A DNA stretch of 40,363 nt from a virus. Made by a program: the position numbers and the translations under genes. Below the pieces are notes generated by a model. It searched no databases. It was not told the origin of the DNA and was given only the letters and a program-made list of their open reading frames with translations. The stretch lies in IMG/VR virus record IMGVR_UViG_3300022214_000002. One strand, 5' to 3'. Shown piece by piece: positions 1 through 7,614 of the stretch; positions within the stretch are counted from its first letter, which is position 1; each line of letters opens with the position of its first letter.

Positions 1-127
1 TACCAATCGAACCACAGCGTTCAGACAAGTTAGCCTATAAGATCTACATGAAGTACAAAGCCCACGTGATCAATCAGGCTATCAACTACCGCATTCAGAG
101 TCTTGCAAGCTATGTCACTGGGTGTGC
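1..127. repeat. Terminal direct repeat, copy 1 (identical to 40237-40363). Marks circular closure or terminal redundancy of a 40,236-bp unit genome.
   Basis: Read directly: nt 1-127 (taccaatcgaaccacagcg...cactgggtgtgc) recur exactly as the last 127 nt of the window. Confidence 0.95.
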
Positions 128-419
128 TGCTATCGATCTTGAGGCTGCATTCTTACGACACTGGAAGTGGGACTACCTGCCCTATCAGCAAGCCTTAATG
201 GAAAAACGTTGGCCCCGCATTCCGTTGATCTGCATCGAAGTCCATGACGACCTGGTGCAGGACATTCCACCAGAGCACGTCAAGAAAGCCCACGACATTA
301 CGCATGAGATCATGCAGTGTCCTCCAAGTCTGAAGGCTGTGCTTCCAGAACTGTTTGACTCCAATGTCACGTTGACTGTAGACACGAATACGGGTCCGAC
401 CTGGGGGTTAAAATCATGA
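3..419 (+). CDS. DNA polymerase I family (PolA), C-terminal part of the junction-spanning gene that starts at 38145
   Basis: Same frame across the duplication (40236 is divisible by 3). Contains the PolA motif C region IEVHDDLVQD. Stop TGA at 417-419. Confidence 0.9.
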   Translation, partial: PIEPQRSDKLAYKIYMKYKAHVINQAINYRIQSLASYVTGCAAIDLEAAFLRHWKWDYLPYQQALMEKRWPRIPLICIEVHDDLVQDIPPEHVKKAHDITHEIMQCPPSLKAVLPELFDSNVTLTVDTNTGPTWGLKS

Positions 420-473
420 GCTACTACTGGGACGATTACTTCAGATATCTAGACCAACGAAAGGAGAAAGAAG

Positions 474-755
474 TTGAAGAAGAAATCCGGCTCCAAGACG
501 GGAGCCAAATCAGTCTCGTCGGCCAAGACACATTCACGAGTCAGAACCAAGAAGGCGAACAAGATCTCACGGACCAAGATCAAGCCGACGAAGACGGTGG
601 TTGAACAGACTGAACAGCAAGATGACTTTGACACGTTGCTTGCCGATGACGAACTTGTAGATAACTCTCCTGAGTCGGATGACGATTGCGGCCCCACAGA
701 CTACCACGAGGAAGACTTCTTTTCAGACCTTGACGAGGAGGACGCTGATGTTTAA
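474..755 (+). CDS. Hypothetical protein, basic Lys/Ser/Thr-rich N-terminal half and strongly acidic C-terminal half
   Basis: TTG start 7 nt after AAGGAG (461-466). AAG and CAG codon preference matches the helicase gene. 8-nt overlap (ATGTTTAA) with the next ORF. A competing ORF at 416-604 exists. Confidence 0.5.
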   Translation: MKKKSGSKTGAKSVSSAKTHSRVRTKKANKISRTKIKPTKTVVEQTEQQDDFDTLLADDELVDNSPESDDDCGPTDYHEEDFFSDLDEEDADV

Positions 756-969
756 AATTGCAGGTAAAAAAGGTAAGCACGAAATGGATCATGTGTTTGA
801 TGTGGACGTTGACAAGGATGGAGACTTGGTGCTTACCTGTAACGAGCAAAATATATTGTGGATCTGCAAACACGATGGATCTATTCACACGGCGTATGGT
901 GTGGATAGCGAATATGTACCGGCTTTGAAGTTAACCAAGGATAACCGTGTGCACATTGAAAACCTGTAA
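748..969 (+). CDS. Hypothetical protein (73 aa)
   Basis: ATG at 748 preceded by GAGGAGGA (734-741), in frame within track ORF 679-969. Confidence 0.6.
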   Translation: MFKIAGKKGKHEMDHVFDVDVDKDGDLVLTCNEQNILWICKHDGSIHTAYGVDSEYVPALKLTKDNRVHIENL

Positions 970-989
970 TTTTAACCGAAAGGATTAAT

Positions 990-1418
990 ATGAGCTGGGG
1001 AAAAAAGAAACGCGGTGGGAATGATGGTAAGTACCTCCGATTGACTGGGCTGTGGCAGAGCAAGAATAAAGAGAACCTGTACACAGGGAAACTTCGAGCT
1101 GAAGACGTGGAGAAGTTAGCCGCGAAGATCGAGGAAGCAGATGGGTCCGATATCGGGTTCTTCTTGTGGGTGAATGAGCAGGAGTCACGCAAGGACCCCC
1201 AGTTTACTTTGCAGTGTGCTGTCTCTGAGTCTGACGGGGGATTCTCCTCGAAGAAAAGGAACCGACGAGACGAAGAGGAACAAGAAGAGCAGGCAGAGGA
1301 GGAACAAGAAGAGGATGAAGACGATAAGCCGAAGAAGTCTGGAGGAAAAGCTAAAGCTTCTGGTAAAGCTAGCACGACAAGTGGAAAGAGCAAAGGCAAG
1401 AAAAGGGACGACTGGTAA
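990..1418 (+). CDS. Hypothetical protein with Glu/Lys-rich tail ending in DDW; candidate ssDNA-binding protein
   Basis: ATG after AAAGGA. Globular N-terminal ~100 aa (LRLTGLWQSK...FFLWVNEQ...FTLQCAV), then a charged low-complexity tail ending RDDW. Sits in the replication module, which has no other SSB candidate. Confidence 0.55.
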   Translation: MSWGKKKRGGNDGKYLRLTGLWQSKNKENLYTGKLRAEDVEKLAAKIEEADGSDIGFFLWVNEQESRKDPQFTLQCAVSESDGGFSSKKRNRRDEEEQEEQAEEEQEEDEDDKPKKSGGKAKASGKASTTSGKSKGKKRDDW

Positions 1419-1557
1419 ATAAACTATTAGATTGGGACATGGTAGAAGACAATCTACACCAGCGTGGAGCTGGAGACGGACAAGTTATAGAGGATAGACA
1501 CCGGAACGCTCGTGAAATCCCTCTGGTTGTAGTCCTGTCCCGACCATAGGAGATAAC

Positions 1558-1758
1558 ATGATTGATGCAGTCGGTAAGACAATTACGAAAACTAAGACGT
1601 GCAAGATTGCTGGCCTAGCCCTGAGTTCGTGGGCACAACCGTGGTTCTACGTCGGAAAGATTTCTAAACTTTCTGAGTCTGAGAACACGATCTACGTGCG
1701 TTCAGGTGGTGAAACATTTTATATGGACCCAGGCGACTGCGTGGTAATACATCCTTAA
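1558..1758 (+). CDS. Hypothetical protein (66 aa)
   Basis: ATG preceded by TAGGAGATAAC; non-repetitive sequence. Confidence 0.6.
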   Translation: MIDAVGKTITKTKTCKIAGLALSSWAQPWFYVGKISKLSESENTIYVRSGGETFYMDPGDCVVIHP

Positions 1759-1772
1759 TGTGCAGGAGCTTT

Positions 1773-1880
1773 ATGGCGGATACAGTTTTCACATTAGGCA
1801 TCTTTATTCTAATCATACTGACTGTGGGTGAGCCCGACCTTCTTGATGCATTAACTTCTTATATTCAAAAGTGCAAGTAG
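1773..1880 (+). CDS. Small membrane protein (35 aa, one hydrophobic helix)
   Basis: Own translation MADTVFTLGIFILIILTVGEPDLL... AGGAG lies 4 nt upstream of the ATG. Below the ORF-track size cutoff. Confidence 0.5.
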   Translation: MADTVFTLGIFILIILTVGEPDLLDALTSYIQKCK

Positions 1881-1887
1881 GAGAACT

Positions 1888-2001
1888 ATGGACAAGATCG
1901 TAACTGGTTATCTGTATAGCGTGGGTGCAACGGCTGGCTTTGCTACGTGGTATTATGTAGCAGAGATTTTCTTTTACCTGATCGACCGACTCGTCTTCTG
2001 A
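1888..2001 (+). CDS. Small membrane protein (37 aa)
   Basis: Own translation MDKIVTGYLYSVGATAGFATWYYVAEIFFYLIDRLVF. AGGAG upstream. Its stop overlaps the next ATG (ATGA-type coupling). Confidence 0.5.
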   Translation: MDKIVTGYLYSVGATAGFATWYYVAEIFFYLIDRLVF

Positions 2002-2243
2002 TGAACAAACATGATGTGCTGGCCCATATCTGGCAATTCATCGGCTATGTCGAAGATAGAATGGCAGCACCCAAGCTATTCGACAAAGACGTGATGCGTA
2101 TCAAACTTGAACAAATCAAAGAGGTACTAACTAATGCTGACCCTGCCGAAGAATCTGAAAGAGGGAGTCACCCGAAACAAAAAGGCAGAGGCAAGCCTGA
2201 TTCAAAAGACAAGGGAATGGCTCGAACACGACTCAAAAGATAG
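2001..2243 (+). CDS. Hypothetical protein (80 aa); 3' end overlaps the nuclease gene by 110 nt
   Basis: ATG coupled to the upstream stop. The N-terminal 45 aa look protein-like (MNKHDVLAHIWQFIGYVEDR...). The tail overlapping 2134-2243 looks like an out-of-frame read-through. Confidence 0.4.
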   Translation: MNKHDVLAHIWQFIGYVEDRMAAPKLFDKDVMRIKLEQIKEVLTNADPAEESERGSHPKQKGRGKPDSKDKGMARTRLKR

Positions 2244-2871
2244 GACGGGTATCCATGCCTCAGATCTCCTCGATCCTCGAAAGGCGTACTTCGATAAACG
2301 CTATCCTCAAAAACTTACAGATAGACTCGTTGGTACGTTCTTTGTTGGTAAGACCCTCCATGCCTTCTTTCTTTCAGCCTTTACAGGTGCCAAGGGTACG
2401 GACTGGAAGACAGATGGAGGAAGTCACGAGAACAAAAAGCTTGGCATCACCTGGAGTGCAGACTGGATCAAAGACGGAATCCCATACGAGTTCAAGACAA
2501 GTCGTTCTAAATACGAACAGTCGTTTTCAGATCTCAAGAGTTACTTGGAACAGTTGCTTATATACATGGTTGGAACCAAATCCACCACAGGACGGCTTAT
2601 TACTCTCATGTACAACCTCCCAGCAGCTAAAGGAGAGGGTTGGGGAAGCTATCCTCAGTATCGAGCATACGATGTTGAAGTCACTCCTAAAGAACTCAAG
2701 CAGTACGAAGCACAGCTACTTGACACAGCAAACCTTTTACGAGCTGCACTCAAGAAGAAATCGCACAAAGACCTACCCTTGTGTCGAGAGTTCAAGTGCA
2801 TGGGGTGTCCACACATGGAGCGGTGCAAACCTGAAGGACGCTACGGCCTAAAGAGGTTTATGCCACGATGA
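2134..2871 (+). CDS. PD-(D/E)XK nuclease, Cas4/RecB-like exonuclease
   Basis: GIHASDLLDPRKAYF, GKTLHAFF, DWIKDGIPYEFKTS (D...ExK), QLLIYM (QxxxY) and C-terminal CREFKCMGCPHMERC (Cx4Cx2Cx5C). Confidence 0.8.
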   Translation: MLTLPKNLKEGVTRNKKAEASLIQKTREWLEHDSKDRTGIHASDLLDPRKAYFDKRYPQKLTDRLVGTFFVGKTLHAFFLSAFTGAKGTDWKTDGGSHENKKLGITWSADWIKDGIPYEFKTSRSKYEQSFSDLKSYLEQLLIYMVGTKSTTGRLITLMYNLPAAKGEGWGSYPQYRAYDVEVTPKELKQYEAQLLDTANLLRAALKKKSHKDLPLCREFKCMGCPHMERCKPEGRYGLKRFMPR

Positions 2872-2905
2872 AGTATGTACCAGACTACGCAAAGTATGGA
2901 GCCAT

Positions 2906-4039
2906 ATGAAACGAAAGAAGGACGAGAGAGTACTCCCGCTTGGTCCGGTGCTGGAACAGGCTGTCGTCGGAGCCCTCGTCGCCGGTACGCTGAGCCTCAA
3001 GGGAGTCCGTAAAGAGGAACTATCCAAACCAGGACAGGCTGTCTACAAAGTTCTTCACGAGAATGAAGGAAAGCCTGTCAGTCTCAAGACCTTGAAGATC
3101 GCTGCATCTGAAGTTTATGGCATCGACAAGGCAGAGTTTAAAGAGTACCTTGACAACTTGATTTCCGACTCTGACATAGCTAGCGTCTTGCAAACGCTCC
3201 GACGTAAACGCACCGTGAACCAGCTTGTCAATGAAGCCACGAATCAAATAGCCTCAGGTGACTACGACCTGTCGCCACTCAGTCACATTCTAGAGAACAC
3301 TCAGGTAGAACGCAAGAAGCTAAGTCCGCTCGGCGATGATAAGAGTGAGATCAAGCATCCTCCGGCACTACCAATTAAGTCTTTACCTAGGCTCACGGCA
3401 GCCGTCGGCGGTGTATACGGAACGTGGATCATCGGAGGTACACCCAAAGCTGGAAAGAGTACGCTCACCACACAGATTGCGGTGTCGATCGCAAAGCGTT
3501 ATATGCCGTGTTTGTATTATGACTTTGAGTTAGGATATGACGTTGTCAGGGATAGGTTGTTAGCGGCTTTCGATGGAGATCGGGAGCAATACGACATCGC
3601 TGTCAAGAACTTCTACTTACGCAGGAGCATTTCGACACTCGAAGAAGACCTCGTAAGTATCGGGCAGCCCTGCTTGATCGTTGTCGATTCAATCCAAGAT
3701 CTTCCAACATCCTCGCAGCACAACGTTGAAGACTTGGGAAGGTGGGTCAAGAGGTTGGACGCACTGAAACATCGAGGACATCATACCATCATGGTCTCGG
3801 AAGTCAATCGGTTCTCATACGGAACACCCACACCCAAGGGATACAAAGGTTCTGGAGAAATTGAGTACGCTGCTGATGTGGCAATCACGGCAGTGCTCCC
3901 TAACGAAGAAGACCCCAGTACTGTAGATTTGTTTGTGACTGAGAACAGACACTTCCGGAAACGTGGCCTGGTTTGTCAGTTAGAACGAGTCAACAACTGG
4001 TGGTTCAAGGAGGCTGGCAATCATGGCGCTAGTAATTAA
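2906..4039 (+). CDS. DnaB-like replicative DNA helicase (RecA-fold ATPase)
   Basis: Walker A GGTPKAGKSTLT, Walker B LIVVDSIQDL, SEVNR and ENRHFRKRG motifs. Size and position fit a phage replicative helicase. Confidence 0.85.
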   Translation: MKRKKDERVLPLGPVLEQAVVGALVAGTLSLKGVRKEELSKPGQAVYKVLHENEGKPVSLKTLKIAASEVYGIDKAEFKEYLDNLISDSDIASVLQTLRRKRTVNQLVNEATNQIASGDYDLSPLSHILENTQVERKKLSPLGDDKSEIKHPPALPIKSLPRLTAAVGGVYGTWIIGGTPKAGKSTLTTQIAVSIAKRYMPCLYYDFELGYDVVRDRLLAAFDGDREQYDIAVKNFYLRRSISTLEEDLVSIGQPCLIVVDSIQDLPTSSQHNVEDLGRWVKRLDALKHRGHHTIMVSEVNRFSYGTPTPKGYKGSGEIEYAADVAITAVLPNEEDPSTVDLFVTENRHFRKRGLVCQLERVNNWWFKEAGNHGASN

Positions 4040-4208
4040 AGTGATGACGGCACTGATTCTGTTATTACTTCTGCTTGGTGTGTTCGTGACATTCTCAGCC
4101 TTGGCTGAAGAGACCTACAAGCTACAGCCTCAACAGTTTCGCTTCCAGCAACCACCCAGTCTTGATGTCAGACCAGATTACGGAGAACCGAAACCATGTC
4201 GGCAGTGA
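4023..4208 (+). CDS. Small protein with N-terminal signal peptide or TM helix (61 aa)
   Basis: AAGGAGG 9 nt upstream of the ATG. MALVIKVMTALILLLLLLGVFVTFSALA followed by a polar tail. Confidence 0.55.
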   Translation: MALVIKVMTALILLLLLLGVFVTFSALAEETYKLQPQQFRFQQPPSLDVRPDYGEPKPCRQ

Positions 4209-4516
4209 AGAAAGAGAAAGACCCAAACGCAAAGAAAGCCGCCTACGTCAAGAGGAAGTACGGCCTAACATATGAAGCCTACGAAGCCATGCTCAAGAAG
4301 AATGGAAACAAGTGTTGGATCTGTTCTCGTCCACCTAAGAAGCTAGCCCATAACATCGACCACGATCATAAGACGGGACAAGTTCGAGGGTTACTGTGTT
4401 TCTTCTGTAACAAGTTCCTGATTGGGAGACGGAGACGAGAACACGCTCACCTCTTCCGTAAGTCGGCAGAGTATCTTGAGTCAACCTACGATTGGAGGGA
4501 CTATGACGAAGAATAA
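4196..4516 (+). CDS. Recombination endonuclease VII (T4 gp49 family)
   Basis: CWICSRP...IDHDHKTGQVRGLLCFFCNKFLG is the hallmark Endonuclease_7 zinc/H-N-H-like motif. Confidence 0.9.
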   Translation: MSAVKKEKDPNAKKAAYVKRKYGLTYEAYEAMLKKNGNKCWICSRPPKKLAHNIDHDHKTGQVRGLLCFFCNKFLIGRRRREHAHLFRKSAEYLESTYDWRDYDEE

Positions 4517-4664
4517 GTGTACCCACAATCACGGAATGATTGAGTTGTCTCATAATGTATGGGCATGTGATGAATGTGGGAAGCTTTTTGAACAAGTTAA
4601 TCTATGGAAGCCCGTGTCAGATAAAGAGTATGATAGGAGGAGGAGGAATGCCAAACAAGTCTGA
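4503..4664 (+). CDS. Small zinc-ribbon-like protein (53 aa)
   Basis: Internal ATG of track ORF 4422-4664, preceded by GGAGG. Contains CTHNH...CDECG. Confidence 0.5.
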   Translation: MTKNKCTHNHGMIELSHNVWACDECGKLFEQVNLWKPVSDKEYDRRRRNAKQV

Positions 4665-4824
4665 AGCCCTGCACATAGCCCTACTTGATGCGAAGTTGGC
4701 GAAACTAGAAGCGATTCAAGAGGAGATTCTTGTATATCTTAAAGTCGCGGTTAAAACAACATCGTATGGTCGTGATTACTACTTACGTTCATGGGAGGAT
4801 AATAGTGCCATACAAAAATCCTAG
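4648..4824 (+). CDS. Hypothetical protein (58 aa)
   Basis: ATG preceded by AGGAGGAGGAGGA, in frame within track ORF 4540-4824. Confidence 0.55.
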   Translation: MPNKSEALHIALLDAKLAKLEAIQEEILVYLKVAVKTTSYGRDYYLRSWEDNSAIQKS

Positions 4825-5677
4825 TGATGAAGCAGAGAGAAGCCGTCGCTACCGGCAGGCTCGTCGCGAGGAGCTTGGGACAAATGCTCCGCATGCTCAA
4901 CTCGTCAAGCCTCTCAAGATCAAGGGTCCTGCCCACGGGCTTCAAGTCGCGGTAATTCCAGATTGCCAGGTTAAACCTGGTGTTCCGCTTGGTCACGTAG
5001 AGTGGTGTGGAAAGTACTTAGCTGCTAAACGACCAGACGTGGTGATTTGTGGTGGAGACTTCTCAGACTTACCGTCTCTTGGTACACATGACGTGCCAGG
5101 GAGCCGCAAGGTCGAAGGTCGGCGGTATAAAAAGGATATCGATGTCACACATAGAGCAATGGAGATGTTCCTGAATCCTATTCAGAAAGTATCTGGCTGG
5201 AATCCTAGTCTACTATTCCTCTATGGAAACCACGAAGACCGGATCGAACGCGCCATTAACCGCGATCCAAAGCTTGAAGGGTTTATGTCGGTGGATGATT
5301 TGGGATATACGAGATACGGTTGGACGACGTTTCCTTTTCTACAACCTATCTCAATCAATGACGTAGCCTTTTGTCACTATTTTCCATCTGGAATTATGGG
5401 AAGACCAATTACGACAGCCAAGGCAATTCTTACCAAGCTGCACATGTCGGCATTCGCTTTTCATCAGCAAGGACGAGACATTGCCTATTCTAAACGAGCA
5501 GACGGGAAAGACTTGACGGCGATTATATCAGGATCGTTCTATCAGCATCACGAAGACTACCTCTCCCCGTTTACGAATCAGCATTGGCGTGGAATGTACG
5601 TCCTGCATGAAGTCAAAGACGGTAACTTCGATGAAATGGCGGTATCAATTAACTACCTAAAAAGGAAGTTTGCATAA
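4805..5677 (+). CDS. Calcineurin-like metallophosphoesterase
   Basis: VIPDCQ, ICGGDFSD and LYGNHEDR motifs. Start set at GTG 4805, 5 nt after GGGAGGA. The track ORF extends to TTG 4730. Confidence 0.8.
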   Translation: MPYKNPSDEAERSRRYRQARREELGTNAPHAQLVKPLKIKGPAHGLQVAVIPDCQVKPGVPLGHVEWCGKYLAAKRPDVVICGGDFSDLPSLGTHDVPGSRKVEGRRYKKDIDVTHRAMEMFLNPIQKVSGWNPSLLFLYGNHEDRIERAINRDPKLEGFMSVDDLGYTRYGWTTFPFLQPISINDVAFCHYFPSGIMGRPITTAKAILTKLHMSAFAFHQQGRDIAYSKRADGKDLTAIISGSFYQHHEDYLSPFTNQHWRGMYVLHEVKDGNFDEMAVSINYLKRKFA

Positions 5678-5835
5678 TGAGTCTTCCTAGTTTACTGTTT
5701 GTAGTATTTCTTACGTTGAAGTTGACGAACTATATTGACTGGTCCTGGTGGTGGATAACATCTCCGTTGTGGATCGTGGCATGTATTTGGTTCGTGTGTA
5801 CGACACTATACACCATTGCGAAAGGGATCGAATAA
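5677..5835 (+). CDS. Small membrane protein (52 aa, two hydrophobic segments, Trp-rich)
   Basis: Own translation MSLPSLLFVVFLTLKL...WSWWWITSPLWIVACIWFVC... TAATG overlap with the upstream stop. Confidence 0.5.
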   Translation: MSLPSLLFVVFLTLKLTNYIDWSWWWITSPLWIVACIWFVCTTLYTIAKGIE

Positions 5836-6159
5836 ATGGCTAAGAAAAAACTTGAGACTCGTGAAGACAGAATGCTGGACGCGATCCGTGAATATGAGGA
5901 AGTCTCCGCTGAATTGAAACCACTAGCAGACAAGAAGGATGCGTTGTGGACTGAACTGAAAGAATTGATGGGGGCATCAGAAGAAAAGATCGTCCCTGGA
6001 TTTGGAAAGGTTACCTACGGCTACGACAAGGACAAGCCAATACGAGAGATCGACTGGGATGTATTCAAAGAGGAACAGCCCAAGATTTACAAGAAGTACG
6101 TTGTAGAGGATACCAAGAAGGGGAGTCGCAGGCTTATTCTGAAGGGCATGGAGGAATGA
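5836..6159 (+). CDS. Hypothetical protein (107 aa), N-terminal coiled coil
   Basis: ATG immediately after the upstream stop. Coiled-coil N-terminus plus a beta-rich C-terminus. The architecture recalls Gam/Gp157-like phage proteins, but this is not verifiable here. Confidence 0.65.
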   Translation: MAKKKLETREDRMLDAIREYEEVSAELKPLADKKDALWTELKELMGASEEKIVPGFGKVTYGYDKDKPIREIDWDVFKEEQPKIYKKYVVEDTKKGSRRLILKGMEE

Positions 6160-6308
6160 TTCCAGACGGCGAACATGTGATCCTGGCGATCCTGGTTATC
6201 TTTTATTTTGCACTGGCTGTTGTGGTGATCCTCCAACAGGGGCATCCAGGTAAAGTCTTGTACTACCTAGGAGCCGCACTATTAACACTAGGAGTTTATA
6301 TCTTATGA
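6156..6308 (+). CDS. Small membrane protein (50 aa, two TM helices)
   Basis: Own translation MIPDGEHVILAILVIFYFALAVVVILQQ...LGAALLTLGVYIL. ATGA overlaps at both ends. Confidence 0.5.
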   Translation: MIPDGEHVILAILVIFYFALAVVVILQQGHPGKVLYYLGAALLTLGVYIL

Positions 6309-6778
6309 GCCTTGTCTATCTGGCTGGTCCAATTGCTAACTGCACTGTCGAGGGCGCAACTGACTGGAGAACTCTTGCGACTAGTGATTTGTTTCACAAT
6401 TATGGAATTGACACACGTGACCCCATGCGAGCTAAAGCTGAGGGTTTTAGAAAGTACGGAAAGATTGGCAGCAACTTCAACGAGTACTCCAAGGAAGGTA
6501 CATTCTTCACCAGTAAAGCCATCATGACTCGTGACTTCAACGACGTGAAGCAAGCCGACGCCCTGTTAGTCAATCTACTAGGCGTCAAGATACCGAGTCT
6601 GGGAACCGTGATGGAATTGGCCTGGGCTTTTGCTTTGCAGAAGCCTTGTGTGGTCTGCATTGAGGAAAGTGGGAACCCTCACGATAACCATCCTATGATT
6701 CATGAGGCGATGGGGTTTCGCGTGACGACGTTAGAGGAAGGCATTCATTCCGTAGCCGTCATCTTGGGTGGAGCATGA
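6305..6778 (+). CDS. Nucleoside 2-deoxyribosyltransferase / dNMP N-glycosidase (DNPH1)-like protein
   Basis: N-terminal VYLAGPI, DFNDVKQADALLVNL and PSLGTVMELAWAF (conserved Glu) match the Nuc_deoxyrib_tr superfamily pattern. Confidence 0.6.
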   Translation: MSLVYLAGPIANCTVEGATDWRTLATSDLFHNYGIDTRDPMRAKAEGFRKYGKIGSNFNEYSKEGTFFTSKAIMTRDFNDVKQADALLVNLLGVKIPSLGTVMELAWAFALQKPCVVCIEESGNPHDNHPMIHEAMGFRVTTLEEGIHSVAVILGGA

Positions 6779-7152
6779 GAAAGTTTGAAAGCGGGGCTAC
6801 CCGTAGCTCGTCAGACAACAAGCCAGATTATGAAGGATTCTTGAATCCTGAAGTTCTCCGTATCTACGGCCAGTACATGCACACACATAGGAAGCAAGAA
6901 GACGGTTCTTTGCGTGATTCTGATAACTGGCAGAAGGGGATTCCTCAAGATGTCCTGATGAAGTCATTGCTCCGACATGTGTTTGACCTCTGGCGGATGC
7001 ACCGAGCTGGAGCGGTGTTCCTAGAAGACTGGGAGGAATCAAAGATCAAGATTGACCAGCTCTGCGCCATCTTGTTTAACACTCAAGCCTACATCTTGGG
7101 AATGATCAACGAATCACGAAAGGCTACCAATGGGACTACGACGAATCCTTGA
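6775..7152 (+). CDS. Conserved phage protein resembling the all-alpha NTP pyrophosphohydrolase-related family (dATP/dGTP diphosphohydrolase N-terminal-like, DUF5664-like)
   Basis: RKFESGATRSS...DNWQKGIP...SLLRHVFDLW matches my recollection of the xFxSGAxR / NWxKG / RH signature. The family name is from memory and is unverified. Confidence 0.45.
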   Translation: MRKFESGATRSSSDNKPDYEGFLNPEVLRIYGQYMHTHRKQEDGSLRDSDNWQKGIPQDVLMKSLLRHVFDLWRMHRAGAVFLEDWEESKIKIDQLCAILFNTQAYILGMINESRKATNGTTTNP

Positions 7153-7348
7153 CCATAGAAAGAGGAAAGAACCTACGCGAGCACATGCATTACAGATCAT
7201 ACAGAGACAGCAAGACGTGATCAACGCCATGTCTCAGTCCATTCATGAAGCACGGACGATCATGGAAAGTCTACTTCCTCCAAAGCCAGGAGAGATTGTT
7301 AAGCCAACACAGGTTCCTTTTATTATTCCAACAGGAGGTAACCAGTGA
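7130..7348 (+). CDS. Hypothetical protein (72 aa)
   Basis: ORF-track ORF filling the gap between neighbours. No recognisable motif. Confidence 0.5.
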   Translation: MGLRRILDHRKRKEPTRAHALQIIQRQQDVINAMSQSIHEARTIMESLLPPKPGEIVKPTQVPFIIPTGGNQ

Positions 7349-7614
7349 ACATTGAAGCACTCCGTAAAGCATTTGTCGAACGAGTGTCGTGGGGTCCCTC
7401 GAAGGTTCCATTTGGCGATGCGATTGCATTCTTCGATCAAGCGGCTGAAGCCGTTGGCCTTGTTGTCCCAACGACACAAGTACCAGATACTGCGCCTACT
7501 GCATCAGACGCGACAACTCCACGGAGAAAGACCAGGGTTGAAGACAGTGGAATGGTGTTAGAGGATGAACAGGAGAACGGGGAAGCCTTAAAGAAGGTAG
7601 GTGTGAAGAAATGA
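7345..7614 (+). CDS. Hypothetical protein (89 aa)
   Basis: GTG start after AGGAGG (7333-7338). GTGA overlap with the upstream stop. Confidence 0.55.
   Translation: MNIEALRKAFVERVSWGPSKVPFGDAIAFFDQAAEAVGLVVPTTQVPDTAPTASDATTPRRKTRVEDSGMVLEDEQENGEALKKVGVKK

Noticed and set aside
881-1399. 172-aa ORF on the - strand, antisense to the 990-1418 gene
   Set aside because: It is a Ser/Pro/Phe-rich low-complexity translation of the complement of a purine-rich coding strand. It has no RBS and lies inside a block transcribed only on the + strand.
1434-1541. tRNA-like cloverleaf in the 1419-1557 spacer
   Set aside because: The span is about 108 nt, the arm and loop sizes do not fit a tRNA (5-nt loop, no T-loop consensus), and the acceptor stem is only 6 bp.
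2001-2243. Possible programmed frameshift fusing the 80-aa ORF to the nuclease (110-nt overlap)
   Set aside because: There is no slippery heptamer or stimulatory structure near 2131-2140. The nuclease has its own ATG right after an in-frame stop, plus a GAGG. A simple overlap or a shorter real product is the more economical reading.
2255-2851. 198-aa + strand ORF in an alternative frame of the nuclease gene
   Set aside because: It is fully nested in the Cas4-like CDS, which has clear nuclease motifs. Its Ser/Thr/Leu-rich sequence has no motifs.
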